Shown here: positions 28,222 to 39,500 of the stretch, piece after piece
Layout of the letters: every line of letters starts with the position of its first letter
Numbering within the stretch: position 1 is the stretch's first letter
Origin: a virus
Direction: 5' to 3' (one strand)
DNA length: 64,000 nucleotides
Virus record (IMG/VR): IMGVR_UViG_3300031453_000081
Program-made: the position numbers and the translations under genes
The notes under the pieces: generated by a model
What the model saw: only the letters and a program-made list of their open reading frames with translations
Told to the model about the DNA's origin: nothing
Databases searched by the model: none

Positions 28222-28520
28222 TCGGCAATACCGTCGTCACCTTCCGCCGCACCGACCCATCCGGCACCATCACCTCCACCGCCCCGGTGCAGGTGTATAT
28301 TCGCCCACTCCGTCATGACGAATTGATCGAGGCGTACGGCACGGAGTTTCAGTGGCGCATCAACTATTCGAGCGCGTTATCCATCAATGGCAGCGTGCTC
28401 GCCGAAGAAGACGAGATCGTGTGGTTGGGCCTGCGAGCTGGCAGCGCTCCCTTGCATCGTCCGGTGATCCACTTCGGGCCAATGGGTTTCGCGAGCGCCG
28501 TCTTTGTCGAGAAGCAATAG
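28218..28520 (+). CDS. Head-closure/stopper-like protein
   Basis: Size, position, beta-rich. Confidence 0.5.
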   Translation: MIGNTVVTFRRTDPSGTITSTAPVQVYIRPLRHDELIEAYGTEFQWRINYSSALSINGSVLAEEDEIVWLGLRAGSAPLHRPVIHFGPMGFASAVFVEKQ

Positions 28521-28522
28521 CG

Positions 28523-28966
28523 ATGAGCGCTGAAACGCCCACCCTCACCGTGCTGATTGGCATGCCCGGCAGTGGCAAAACCACCTACGCCGAATCCCAT
28601 TTCCCGATCCAGTCCATCATCTCCATGGATGAGTGTTGGGAACGGTCGTGCAGCGCGCCAATGGGCGATTCCATGTTCTGGATGCTCATTGAAACGTGTC
28701 TGGAGCGTCGCCGCTCAATCGTCATTGATCGCACCTGCCTCAATCCCGCGACCCGGCAGCGCTTGCTGGCACGTGGGGACGCATACGACTACGCCGTCCA
28801 TGCCATCCTGCTCGATCCGCCATTTGCGACCGCGGTTGCACGTGACGCCCAGCGGGAGACACCATTTCCGCTAGCAACGCTCCAGCGCTGCTACGAGAAA
28901 GTCACCGAGACACGCGGCAGCCTGCTCGATGAGGGGTTCGACCGGGTGACCATTCTCACCAGCTAA
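28523..28966 (+). CDS. AAA_33 / polynucleotide-kinase-like P-loop protein (147 aa)
   Basis: VLIGMPGSGKTT, IISMD, IVIDRT.L....R, AVARDAQR lid. Confidence 0.8.
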   Translation: MSAETPTLTVLIGMPGSGKTTYAESHFPIQSIISMDECWERSCSAPMGDSMFWMLIETCLERRRSIVIDRTCLNPATRQRLLARGDAYDYAVHAILLDPPFATAVARDAQRETPFPLATLQRCYEKVTETRGSLLDEGFDRVTILTS

Positions 28967-29056
28967 CTCATTCGCTTGATAACACGTTCGCGCCCGGCGG
29001 GGTTACCTCCTCCCCTGCCGGGCCGTCCTCCATTCGCTCTCTACTAGGAGCCGCAT

Positions 29057-32000
29057 ATGGCACAACCTGCCAACACTATGGCGCTGACCGGCTACTTCCT
29101 CGATGCCAATGGCAACTCCCCCTACGAGGGGTCGATTGTCACGTCCGCACCAGCGGCTGGTTTTTTTGAGAAGAATTTGGCAGGCAGTCCCTATTTTCAG
29201 GCCATCTCGATTAACGGGCCGTTTCCGTCCGGTGCAATTTCCGGTGGCGTGTACACGCTCTATCTACCCTGGCCATCTCAAACGAATTTCGGTGGACAAT
29301 CGTTGACCTGGGAAGTGTTCTTCCCCGACGGGACTGTGTGGGCAGGCGTGGTGCTAGAGGGCGTTGCAACTGCCCAGCTCCCCGACCTTGCGACTCCAAC
29401 CAATGGCTGGAGTCGCGTGCAAGTGGGGAGCAGCCCGCCAGTGCTGCAAGGCACACAGGGGATTCAGGGCATACAGGGGGTGATAGGGCAGACTGGCCCG
29501 CAAGGTGCGCCGTTCAACTGGCGTGGACAGTGGTCTAGCACCTCCGCCTTTGCCGTAGGCGATGCTGTGCAAGATGGTGGATCAGCCTGGGAATGCTATG
29601 CCACCGTCGCTGCAGGTGGCACGAATCCAGGGAATGATAGCGCTCACTGGACGCTGGTTGCCGCAAAGGGTGCAACGGGAGCGACTGGATCGACAGGATC
29701 GACAGGCCCTCAAGGGCCAACCGGTGCACCCGGTGCCGCAGGCTCCGGGACGACGGTCCCCACGCTGCAAGTCACCTACGGGGCACGTGGCGATGGTGTC
29801 ACCGACGACTATCAGGCAATTGGCAATTACCTCGCAGACTTGGCGGCAGGCAGACCAACCGTTGCTATCCCTCGCGCCAATTACTACATCAGCAAGCCGT
29901 TTGCGGTCCCTATGAGCACGGATCGACCTGGGGCACTTGCTACGACCATCAAGCTCACCGGCGTTGGAAACGGTGGCTCAACCAACGGTCACTACCCCAT
30001 CGGCCCCAGTGGGCGCGGCAGTGTCTTCGACTTCCACTGCGATGGCAACTATAACCCCTACCTCAATGATTACGCGATTGTCGCTGGCGGCGATCTGACA
30101 GTCACACCAGGAGCGGCAGGAGCGGTAACGCTCTCTCTATCGCCGGTCAAGGCGTTCATCAACAACACCACCGTCACTGATGTGGTTACCGCAACCCAAA
30201 TCGGGACCAATGGGACGAGTGGAAGCGCACTGACCATACCGGTTATCCCCAATGGCTGGTACTGGCTCGATATCAGTCGCGATGGTCACGTGTACCTGGG
30301 ATATTTGGGCACCAGCGGCGACCAGAACACCTACTGGGTCAAAAGCGTGGGCGGCGCGGGGACATCTGGCAGTCCCCGACAATTGAGTGGAGGCGCTGCC
30401 ACTGGCGCGGCCTACTGCACCACGCAGGGGACACGGCCAGATACGATTCGGCTCTACGAAATCTTTATGCAGAATAGCGCGCCGTCCATCACCCGTGACG
30501 CCCGGTGCTATCTTGGCTGCTTCAATCATCGCGGCAACGGGACGCTACTGTTTCAGGACATCTGCCTGGCGCGTCTTGACGGCGTGGCCAATGCAATGCC
30601 CTTTATCGTCGCCAATGGCACCTTAAAAACGCAAGATGTGCAGTTCTGGGGCGGTATCTCCGCCAACTTCAAGGGCAATCCGGGCATCCCATCACAGGAT
30701 GCCATTCACATCGGCGGCTCCGGCTCGTGGTACTACCCTGGCGGGAGTGATAGCTACTCGAACTACTCCATTATGGCCGGGTATGGCTCCCGGCTCCGCA
30801 ATGACCTGGCCCAAAACATCCGTAAGTATTTCTGGATTCGCGGCAATGGCCAGGATGTTGTCGTTGAAAACCCCTATCTCATGGGGAACTGCGGTAACAA
30901 CAAGGACGGCACGATATCCGGTATCGAGTTGTCTGGCTCGTTGGCCTCTCCTGCCACGGGCATCCACATTGTCAATCCTGAGTTCGAAATGTCCAGCTAT
31001 GCGCACGCCATACGCATCGGCGGCGCGTTAATCACGCAGGTCATTTCTCCGGTCGTCTCTGACGCGAATAACGGATGGTTAGCTGCGAATATCGCTGCCC
31101 ATGTGTCAACGATTTCTGTGGCAAGCGCCACTCTGTCCTACCCAACGGATATTACGAACTGGCTGGGACAGGAAGTACTGCTCGATGCAAATCTAGCGAC
31201 GGAAGAAGTTGTACCGCTGGCCACCACGCCGGCCACTGCCGGGGGAGCAGCACTGCCCGCCGTAACCGGGACCGCAGGTCAGCTGCAGATAACGTTTGCG
31301 ACCAGTACCACTCGTGCTGTCGGCGATTACGTGCTCGTGGGAACAGGGCAGGCGGTGCAAGAAGTGGTTCAGCTGGGCAGTGGCGGGACCGGCACCGTCT
31401 TCACCCTGTCCTATCCACTGGGCTATTCCTACTCTGCGGCTCCTGCTGGACTGGGACCATGGGTGCTGACCTTTGGCGCGACAAACAACGCCTATGCACA
31501 TGCCGTCACCGCTCAGGGCCCCACGGTGTCGCGCACCATTGGCACGGTTAAATATGTCACCGGTGAAAACGGCAACAGCAATCTGCTCGTCGGAGGGTCA
31601 ACGCTGGGCGGCACCATGCGACTGGTCACTGACCCAACGCCGGCAGGGACGAATGGGATGCTGTCGGGCACTGCTGTGAATACTCGCGCTGTGACGGTTA
31701 GCGCCAAAGCTGCACTCGGTGCAGCTGGACCAGTGCCCGTAATCGTGAACGATAGTGCTGGAACCACGGTGATGACGCTGGGGCAGCGTACCCTCAACGG
31801 CAATATTGCTGCATCGATTGACGTGCCGTATGGGCAGGGGCTGGCCCTGCAAGCCAATGCTGGGAGTATTTTTCTCGGCACCGATGGCGGGACAACGCTG
31901 TACGCCCAAACACGCGCCGGAAGCGGGTTCAGAAGTAGTGCCGGCGATACCAATCCGAGTTTCTTTTTTCAAAACTTCAGTCCGACCTTCGTTAGCGACC

Positions 32001-32221
32001 ATACCCAATGGCTCAGTAGCACCGGAACCGTGCTGGCTCGGGTTCGCTATGACGGTCTGATTACCGCCGCTGGCGTTGTACTCACCCCCGCTGCAACGAC
32101 AGGCAAGCCACTAACCGGAACCTACGTCGTCGGACAAATGTACATGGATAGTGCCGGAACACTCTATATCTGCACGGTCGCTGGCACCCCCGGCACGTTC
32201 AAGACTGTTACGGCAACGTAG
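29057..32221 (+). CDS. Fibre/spike protein: collagen-like GXY, CBM-like motif, pectin-lyase-like beta-helix (1054 aa)
   Basis: QGIQGIQG and GATGATG repeats; WRGQWS..AFAVGDAV; YGARGDGVTDDYQAI. Confidence 0.75.
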   Translation: MAQPANTMALTGYFLDANGNSPYEGSIVTSAPAAGFFEKNLAGSPYFQAISINGPFPSGAISGGVYTLYLPWPSQTNFGGQSLTWEVFFPDGTVWAGVVLEGVATAQLPDLATPTNGWSRVQVGSSPPVLQGTQGIQGIQGVIGQTGPQGAPFNWRGQWSSTSAFAVGDAVQDGGSAWECYATVAAGGTNPGNDSAHWTLVAAKGATGATGSTGSTGPQGPTGAPGAAGSGTTVPTLQVTYGARGDGVTDDYQAIGNYLADLAAGRPTVAIPRANYYISKPFAVPMSTDRPGALATTIKLTGVGNGGSTNGHYPIGPSGRGSVFDFHCDGNYNPYLNDYAIVAGGDLTVTPGAAGAVTLSLSPVKAFINNTTVTDVVTATQIGTNGTSGSALTIPVIPNGWYWLDISRDGHVYLGYLGTSGDQNTYWVKSVGGAGTSGSPRQLSGGAATGAAYCTTQGTRPDTIRLYEIFMQNSAPSITRDARCYLGCFNHRGNGTLLFQDICLARLDGVANAMPFIVANGTLKTQDVQFWGGISANFKGNPGIPSQDAIHIGGSGSWYYPGGSDSYSNYSIMAGYGSRLRNDLAQNIRKYFWIRGNGQDVVVENPYLMGNCGNNKDGTISGIELSGSLASPATGIHIVNPEFEMSSYAHAIRIGGALITQVISPVVSDANNGWLAANIAAHVSTISVASATLSYPTDITNWLGQEVLLDANLATEEVVPLATTPATAGGAALPAVTGTAGQLQITFATSTTRAVGDYVLVGTGQAVQEVVQLGSGGTGTVFTLSYPLGYSYSAAPAGLGPWVLTFGATNNAYAHAVTAQGPTVSRTIGTVKYVTGENGNSNLLVGGSTLGGTMRLVTDPTPAGTNGMLSGTAVNTRAVTVSAKAALGAAGPVPVIVNDSAGTTVMTLGQRTLNGNIAASIDVPYGQGLALQANAGSIFLGTDGGTTLYAQTRAGSGFRSSAGDTNPSFFFQNFSPTFVSDHTQWLSSTGTVLARVRYDGLITAAGVVLTPAATTGKPLTGTYVVGQMYMDSAGTLYICTVAGTPGTFKTVTAT

Positions 32222-32371
32222 GTCACAATGCGCCTTATTCCTGGCTTCGGAGGTTCCGCCTATGCCCATGTCCATTGATACCGCTGGCCTGGACGCCGCC
32301 ACTCTCCACGTGGAGCGTCTAGCCGGTCAAGCGCCTGCTATGCTCCGCGCTCTACTGGGGATTCTGTAGCC

Positions 32372-32899
32372 GTGCCATCCACTTCCATTGATGCTGCTGG
32401 CATCATCGTCGCCGCTCGCGCCCTGTCGGCAACCGCTGGGGCCGTGGCGCCGATGCTCGCAACACGCATGGCCACATTGGGCGAACTCACCAAAGATACC
32501 GTCGCCATCCCGATCATGCAACGCCACACCCCGGTGGTCAGTGGGGCTCTACGCGACTCAACCACCGGGCAGGTGATTCCCACCGGGCTCGCGGTGGACA
32601 TTCTCATTCGCCAGCCTGCAACCAGCCTGCCCAATCAGGACGGCTCCGGTGGCGGCCATTCCTACGTGGGCTGGGTCATCCACGGACGGGGTGAGATATT
32701 CGCGCCCTCTGATGGGCCATTCTCCACCGGCAAGCAAGCGCTACGTACCCCATGGGGACCACGCAAACACGTTGCCGCCAGTAAGCCCAACCTCTACAAC
32801 ACCGAGGCCGTAGCCGAGATGGTTGCGCCGCTGGAAACCCTGGTGGCCACTGAGGCTACAAAACTCACCGAGGAGGTGGCCGCATTGCTCAAGCCGTGA
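32372..32899 (+). CDS. HK97 gp10-like neck/tail-completion protein
   Basis: TPVVSGALRDS motif; KPN. Confidence 0.7.
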   Translation: MPSTSIDAAGIIVAARALSATAGAVAPMLATRMATLGELTKDTVAIPIMQRHTPVVSGALRDSTTGQVIPTGLAVDILIRQPATSLPNQDGSGGGHSYVGWVIHGRGEIFAPSDGPFSTGKQALRTPWGPRKHVAASKPNLYNTEAVAEMVAPLETLVATEATKLTEEVAALLKP

Positions 32900-33630
32900 C
32901 CACGCCCTTTGATCTCCAACTGGCCCATGCCGCTTGTGCCCTGGTGCAGCAGATCACTCCGGCCATCGTACCCCAATTCTCGCTCGCCGCGGCCAGCACC
33001 GTCGGCGCAACCACTCTCACCGCCCCCACCGGGACCAACCTACTGGTGCTAGGGTTCCGTCCCGGCGGGATTATCTCCTTCTGGGACGACTCCGGCGAAC
33101 AACCGTTGGCCATTGCACCGGGTGGCGTGGCTGCCAACGTGCTGACGCTCGACTTCAGCGGGCAGCCCTTCACCGGCATCCAACACGCACACGCGCTCGG
33201 GTCGATTATCGCCACCAATCTGCTCGACTCGCCGCCGCTGGACACGTTTATCATGCGCGGGAGTGGGCCGGTGATCTCATGTTTCGTGCTCGATGAAGAA
33301 CTGACCGTGGAGGCCACACAGCAGTTTCGCGTGGCCGTGAACCCGCTGTCGTTTGTCTATGAGATTAACGATATCCAGCCGCCGGGCACGCAATTGAACG
33401 CGCAACTGTGGAGCCGGCAGCAACTCCACCGCGCCACGTCTGACGTGGCGACCATCGTGGCCGCCATTGCCAACAACCATAAATTCAACACCACCAGTGC
33501 GGGCCAGCTCACCATCAGCGTGTCGCGTCTGGCCAAGTCGCTGCGCAGAGTAGAGGACACCGACACGATTCACCACTACCAGTTGACGCTGGAAGTCGAA
33601 ACTCGTACCATTCAGCCCTTCAGCCCGTAG
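32896..33630 (+). CDS. Tail terminator-like protein with insertion
   Basis: Position before tail tube; beta-rich C-terminus. Confidence 0.5.
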   Translation: MTTPFDLQLAHAACALVQQITPAIVPQFSLAAASTVGATTLTAPTGTNLLVLGFRPGGIISFWDDSGEQPLAIAPGGVAANVLTLDFSGQPFTGIQHAHALGSIIATNLLDSPPLDTFIMRGSGPVISCFVLDEELTVEATQQFRVAVNPLSFVYEINDIQPPGTQLNAQLWSRQQLHRATSDVATIVAAIANNHKFNTTSAGQLTISVSRLAKSLRRVEDTDTIHHYQLTLEVETRTIQPFSP

Positions 33631-33657
33631 CCTCTCCGACACCAACCCGCACCCATC

Positions 33658-33683
33658 GCCATCCCGCTCGGGGTGGCTTTTTT
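33658..33683 (+). terminator. Intrinsic terminator
   Basis: GCCATCCC-GCTC-GGGGTGGC-TTTTTT. Confidence 0.65.
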
Positions 33684-33706
33684 CTTCCCCTTTTGGAGTA
33701 CGACCT

Positions 33707-34063
33707 ATGCGCACTTTTGTCCAGTATGTGGGCGATCCACGGTATCCGAATCAAACCGAACGGCAGATTGACGGCATGACTCCCTGGGCGGTGGGTGAAG
33801 AGCGTGAGTTCTCCGAGGACTACGTGGCCCACTTCGGTCGGAGCAACGGGTCGGACTTCGCTCTGCTGTTCTGTGACACCTACAACGCCAATGTCAAGCC
33901 CAAATTATTCGTCATCACAGAACGAGACGACCCGGCAGTGAGTGCACCCAGCACGGACGAACCGGCCGCCGGCGCACCGCCCGCGGCGAGTACCCCGACC
34001 TCGACCTCGACCGACACCCCCACCACATCGCCGGCGGCAACCACGCCCGGCACAGGAGTCTAA
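33707..34063 (+). CDS. Hypothetical protein with P/T-rich tail
   Basis: GGAG RBS. Confidence 0.6.
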   Translation: MRTFVQYVGDPRYPNQTERQIDGMTPWAVGEEREFSEDYVAHFGRSNGSDFALLFCDTYNANVKPKLFVITERDDPAVSAPSTDEPAAGAPPAASTPTSTSTDTPTTSPAATTPGTGV

Positions 34064-34066
34064 ACA

Positions 34067-35329
34067 ATGGCAAACACAGGAATCTCCGGCGGCGATAGTG
34101 GCTTTGTCGGCATTGCCACCGAATCCATCCCCAGCGGAACGGGTACTCGTGGCGCGTTCGTCGTTCCCACCGATTTCCCCCCGGTTGAGGCCAAAAAGGT
34201 GACACGCAAGCCGGATAAAACCGCGCTCAAGGTCCATACGGGCAGTCGAGATACCACGGCGATTCAGCGCAACACCAAATACAAACGCGCCATGACCTTC
34301 AACCTGGCCCTGCTCGGCAACACCGGCTCACTCCTGCATCCGGCGGCTCTGGGTGGCTGTGTATGGATACCTGCCGTGGCCAGCGATACCATCGCCAGTA
34401 TTACCACGGTTAATGGCATCAGCACCCTGGTGCTCACCGGCGGCACGGGATCCTACACCCTGAACGCCTGGACGACCCTCGATACCGGGCCGCTCTGGGA
34501 AGCGCGTCAGATCCTCTCCTGGACACCGGCGAGCAAAACCATGACGGTTGCCGCCCTCAAGTTCGCCCACGGTGCTCTGCCAGCCATTGTGCAGCCTGGA
34601 CAGAATAAAATCTCCCCGCTCTCCAGCACCGGCGGCTACAGCAACGCGCTGCGATCAGTCTCCATCGAAAACAACGTGGGTGGACTGTACAGCCAGCAGT
34701 ACCCCGACGCGCTCATCACCAAACAGACCTTCAAGGCCTCCAAGGACAAGATCGACGTCGCCTACGATTTCAACTTCTCGGCGACGCCAACCCGTCCCGC
34801 CATCCCCACGGCCTATGTCCGTCCCGCCGACCTCGATTTCAGGACGCCGTACAGTTATAACGACGGATTCATCGTGGTCAACGCCGACACCCTGGCCTCT
34901 GGCGCCAGCGCCTTCCAGCAGGTGCTCGTCTCAACCGACTGGACGGTCACGCTGATGAACAAGCTGGACGAGCACGCGCTCAACGACAACACCGATACCT
35001 ACCGCTACTGGCCGGTGGGAGAGCGTACCGTCACGGTGGATTACTCGCTGCTGCAAGCGGCCAACCGTCCGGCGGGCTATGAGGACACCCTGATCAAAAA
35101 TGTGGAGTCGCCGTTTATGGCCTCCTACGCCCAGAACGTCGGCACGGTAGCAACCCCGGTGCTCCAGGCATTTGGCCTGGTTATCCCCAACGTCCACTGG
35201 GAAGACGCCGACGAGATAGACACCCTAGATGTCTCTATTGCGGAGAAGTTGCCGGGTACCGCGCGATCCAACGGCTCGCAGGATATTCTCGACTACTTCA
35301 TCGTCAACAACGCAACCGCTGCCTTCTAG
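34067..35329 (+). CDS. Major tail tube protein (420 aa, with beta-domain insert)
   Basis: SGFVGIATES..GT..VPT N-terminus typical of tube proteins; precedes chaperone and TMP. Confidence 0.75.
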   Translation: MANTGISGGDSGFVGIATESIPSGTGTRGAFVVPTDFPPVEAKKVTRKPDKTALKVHTGSRDTTAIQRNTKYKRAMTFNLALLGNTGSLLHPAALGGCVWIPAVASDTIASITTVNGISTLVLTGGTGSYTLNAWTTLDTGPLWEARQILSWTPASKTMTVAALKFAHGALPAIVQPGQNKISPLSSTGGYSNALRSVSIENNVGGLYSQQYPDALITKQTFKASKDKIDVAYDFNFSATPTRPAIPTAYVRPADLDFRTPYSYNDGFIVVNADTLASGASAFQQVLVSTDWTVTLMNKLDEHALNDNTDTYRYWPVGERTVTVDYSLLQAANRPAGYEDTLIKNVESPFMASYAQNVGTVATPVLQAFGLVIPNVHWEDADEIDTLDVSIAEKLPGTARSNGSQDILDYFIVNNATAAF

Positions 35330-35482
35330 TCCACACGTGAGCCGTTGGTGGGAGGGCTGATACTTCCACCACACAACCCCGTCTCGGCTAAGAGAAGCCG
35401 CTCCCCCTGGGGAGAGATGCTGTTTCCGGCGACACCGGCGCGGCGGGGTGCTGGGCAGACCGCCTGGCTGGAGACTGTTTCC

Positions 35483-36220
35483 ATGAACGAACTGATCAGT
35501 TTCATTCCATCCCGAACACATGTCGCGACCCTAGCAGTGCGTGACGACGGCGCCGAGACAACCGGCGAATCAGACGCGGTAGAACGTGTCATCGCCGCCT
35601 TCAACGCCTACCGTGAAGGTGTTGAGCAACACGCCGAGAACCTGCCCGCCCTGCGAGCCGAGTGTGTTGCCGCAACCTCCGCTCCGCTGGGCACGACAGG
35701 ACGGCGAGCCTGGCCAGCCGATTCGCACGTGCTGGTCAAGCGCCACCGTGCATCCGGTGATAGCATCGACACCCAGGCCCTGATACAGCGCGGTGGCGTC
35801 AACGTCAAAGGCGAGGCCATCAGCGAAAACGCCGAGATGGTCTGGTATTACGGCGCGTTGATGGAATGCGCCGTGATGATCGTAGGCTTCGAGGGCAGCG
35901 CCTTTGAGGACCCGGAGACCTGCGACAAGGATGAGGATGACAACCCGATTCCCGGTACTGGTGAGGCATTTCGTATTCCGGCACTGCCGCCCACCAGCAT
36001 GGACGACATGGGGCAACGCAAAAAGGTCTACTACAAGCGGATTGAGGCCATGCGCATTCTGCCCGATGCAGTGATTGCCCTGGTCGTCGAAAAGCTGCGC
36101 GAGATTCCTGCAGACCCTTTCGGACTCCCGAAGCCCGGCAACGATTCCGCCAACGCGTCTACGGCGCGCTCGCCCCGAAAGGCTACCCCGAAGCTCAAAG
36201 AGCACGCGACCTCGGAGTAG
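35483..36220 (+). CDS. Tail assembly chaperone (G form, 245 aa)
   Basis: Between tube and TMP; contains a slippery heptamer. Confidence 0.7.
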   Translation: MNELISFIPSRTHVATLAVRDDGAETTGESDAVERVIAAFNAYREGVEQHAENLPALRAECVAATSAPLGTTGRRAWPADSHVLVKRHRASGDSIDTQALIQRGGVNVKGEAISENAEMVWYYGALMECAVMIVGFEGSAFEDPETCDKDEDDNPIPGTGEAFRIPALPPTSMDDMGQRKKVYYKRIEAMRILPDAVIALVVEKLREIPADPFGLPKPGNDSANASTARSPRKATPKLKEHATSE

Positions 36221-36444
36221 AGGGTGTTCCCCGTCACCTGATCGTCGGCTGGCTCGCCGAGCATTTTCGATGCAGCTGGTTCGACATGTCGGACCGGTAC
36301 GACTCACTCGATTCGTTGATTCGCGAAGAAGCCATGATCGTGATTGAGATTCAGGGCCAGCTCGCAGCTCAGGCGTCCAAACGAGCCGGCACGCCATCAG
36401 CCGACTCACCGGACGGCGGCGAGATCGAACTCCCACCCGATTAG
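35483..36444 (+). CDS. Tail assembly chaperone GT form via -1 frameshift at C-CCT-TTC (36115-36121), ~320 aa
   Basis: X XXY YYZ heptamer in the correct frame; -1 frame open for 107 codons to TAG 36442-36444 (..LIVGWLAEHFRCSWFDMSD..). Confidence 0.72.
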
Positions 36445-36518
36445 CAACGTCCATCTGGCAACCGGGATACAGTCAATGTGCTGTGTCCCGGTTGCTGTTT
36501 TCTGCAGAGGTAGCCGGT

Positions 36519-39500
36519 ATGTCGATGGTTTCAGATGTGGTCGCGTCTCTGAGGCTGGTGGGCGTCGATGAACTCAGTGCGCCGCTGGCTGCTGGCGGCG
36601 CTTCCCTCCAGGGAGTTGGTGAAAAGGCAACGGCGACTGGTGGCGTAGTTGATAGCGCCTTCAAAACCATGTCGGAATCGGTGCAAACCGTCGCCGCTAA
36701 GTTCGACCTGTTTGCTGCTGCGGCTCAAGCGGCGGGTAAGAAGGCCGGTGCCGCGCTGGACTCCTCTGCTGGCATGTCGGCTGGAGCCGCCTCCAAGATC
36801 GAAGCGGCCATGACATCAGCCGCCGCTGCAATGGAACGATTCGCGGCGGCAACGGAAGCCGCTGGAGCCAAGGCGTCGAGTTCCCTCGGTCGTGTTTCAG
36901 CATCAGCTGCTGGGACCAGCGCCAGAGTCTCGGAGGCAGACAAGCTGATCGAAGAGCGGAACCTGAAGGCCGCCGAGAGCTTCAAACTAATCGGCGACGC
37001 CGCGGCTTCGGCAGGCGTGAAAACCGGTGAAGCGGGCGCCATGATGATGAAAGGCCCGCTGGGTCTGGCTCTGGGCGTCGGTCTGGCGGTGGGCGAAACC
37101 ATCCACATGGCCGACAAGATGGAAACTACTTTCGCGTTGATCCGTGGGAATACAGGAGCCACGACCGGCGAGATTTCCAAGATGCGCGCCGAAACCATGA
37201 AGCTCGGCAGCGAAACCCCGGCCAAGCTGGACGATATCGCTAAAGGCTTTGAACGCGCCGCCAACATGGGATTCCATGGAGCGGATGCCATGAAACTGGT
37301 ATCCGCTTCGGTCAAGGCCGCCGTCGCAACCGGAGCAGATGTGGCTGGTGTGACCAACACCGTAGCGCTGGCCATGTCCAACTTCCACATCCCGGCTCGA
37401 AACGCCGCGCTGGCTGTCTCAACACTGCTTGCCGGAGCGCAGAACGCCAATACCCGATTGCCGGACATGGCCGCCCACATGAGCAAGCTTGGGATCATCG
37501 CGTCTGGTATTCATATGCCGTTGCAAGACGCTGTAGCCTCCTTTTCGGCGCTAACTCGGGCCACCGGTGACGCGGCACAGGCGCAGACCTTGTGGACCGG
37601 AATGACCACCCACATGATCAACGTCACCAAGCCGGCACACGCGGCATTGGTGCAACTAGGCCAAGTTTCAGGCATCGACCTGGTCGGGGCATTTAAAAAG
37701 TTCAGCGATGGCGCAATGAGCCAACACGATGTTCTGGCGCTAACACGCAAGGCCCTCGGACTCAACTCGTCTGCCGCAAACAAGCTCCAGGAAGACTACG
37801 CCAAATTAGGCGCTGGCACCATGTCTCAGACTGCCTTTATGAAGGAAGCTAACACCGTTTCTCACGGACAAGCGGCGGCCATTATGACCATCTTCGGCGG
37901 GCTACGTGGCGGAGTCGGTGCGCTGAACCTGATGACCTCCGGTTGGTCTGGCTACAACGACATCATGAAGAAGACCCATGCCGGGACCACGGCGCTGAAC
38001 GAAGCGTTCAAGGGCATGATGGAGACCAGCGGCGCGAAGTTCGAGACATTCAAAAATAAGGTCGAGATTGGCGCAATTGCCCTGGGCACGAAGATGCTGC
38101 CAGCCGTGGGCGCGGTGCTCGACAAGCTGTCGGCATTCTCTGATTGGGTCGGCTCCAAGGGCGGCGTCATTCAGGGATTCTTCGACAAAATCGGCTCGGT
38201 AGTCGGCAAGGTATTCTCGGCGCTGACACCTGGATTTACGCTGCTCAAAAATATGGTGGAAAAGGACTTGGTGGCGGCGTTTGACAAATTCAAACCAGTC
38301 ATCGCCAATGTCTCCGCAATTTTCGACAGTCTCGGGACAAAAGCAACCTCATTTTCAAAGGGCGGCGGGAAAGATCTATCAGGCGTCTTCCGGGAAATCG
38401 GCACAGTCGCAGGCATCGTTATCTCAGCCATCGCTACGCTCGAAGCCGGATTCTATACCTTTGCGACTGCCGTTATCAAGGGTGTGATCCAGAGTAAGGC
38501 CCTAGGTGATGTATTCGGCAAGCTGGGTACGGCGCTCCAACCAGTATTCACGGCAATCGGTCAGGTGGTTAATTCTCTCGGATCATTCACCAAATCGACC
38601 AATGACGGCGGGAAAAGCGCGACTGATATGGCGGGAATTGTCACCAATCTGCTGGTTGGCGCAATCTCTGTGCTGGCCAAGGTCATCGAGGCCGCTGTGC
38701 CCACCATCGTGGCCGCCATCCATGTCATCGGCGACGTTATCAAAGTTGTGGCTGGCATCATCAAGGACCTCGTACCCATCGTGCAAGATACGTGGAAGCT
38801 GATTACTGACATATTCCACGGAAACGGTCAAAAGATCGGCGCAGACCTGGGGGCGCTGGGCTCAAAAATCGGCACGCTGTTCACTGATCTCGTCAAGAAT
38901 CTGGGGCCGCTGGTCAAGGATTTGTGGGCGCTGATTCAAGCCGCCTTCAGCGCCGGGGTGACTCTGGTACTGGCAAAGCTGGGTGATTTCGGGCATGCCT
39001 TCGTGGCCTTTGTGGAGGGCCTGCCCTCGCGTCTGGATACTGGTTGGAACGACCTGGCTCAGAAGGGCGTCGATGCGCTAGGCCGACTAGCAACCGCCGG
39101 TATGGACAAGCTCAACGAGTACGCCGCGAAAATAACCGGCTGGATTAGTGACCGAGCAGGGGACTTCGGCAATGCCGCTGTTTCCTGGATCGGTGGCTTG
39201 CTGGGCGGCCTCGGCTCCCAAATCGGCCATCTATGGTCCTGGTATACCGACGTCACCAATCGCATGACTGGCTGGGTAGCAGACCGTGTCGGGGACATGC
39301 TCAAAGGCGGCGCGAACTTCGTTACATCGCTGGTGTCGGGTCTGGTCTCGAAAATCGGCGATATCGCGGGTTGGCTCCTGGCACGAGACGTGGCGCTAGC
39401 AACCTGGATCACTACAACCGCTGGGAATATGCTGTCCGGCGGCGCGTCATTCGTGACTAATCTGGTCAGTGGGCTGGCGAACAAAGTCGGTGATTTGTGG

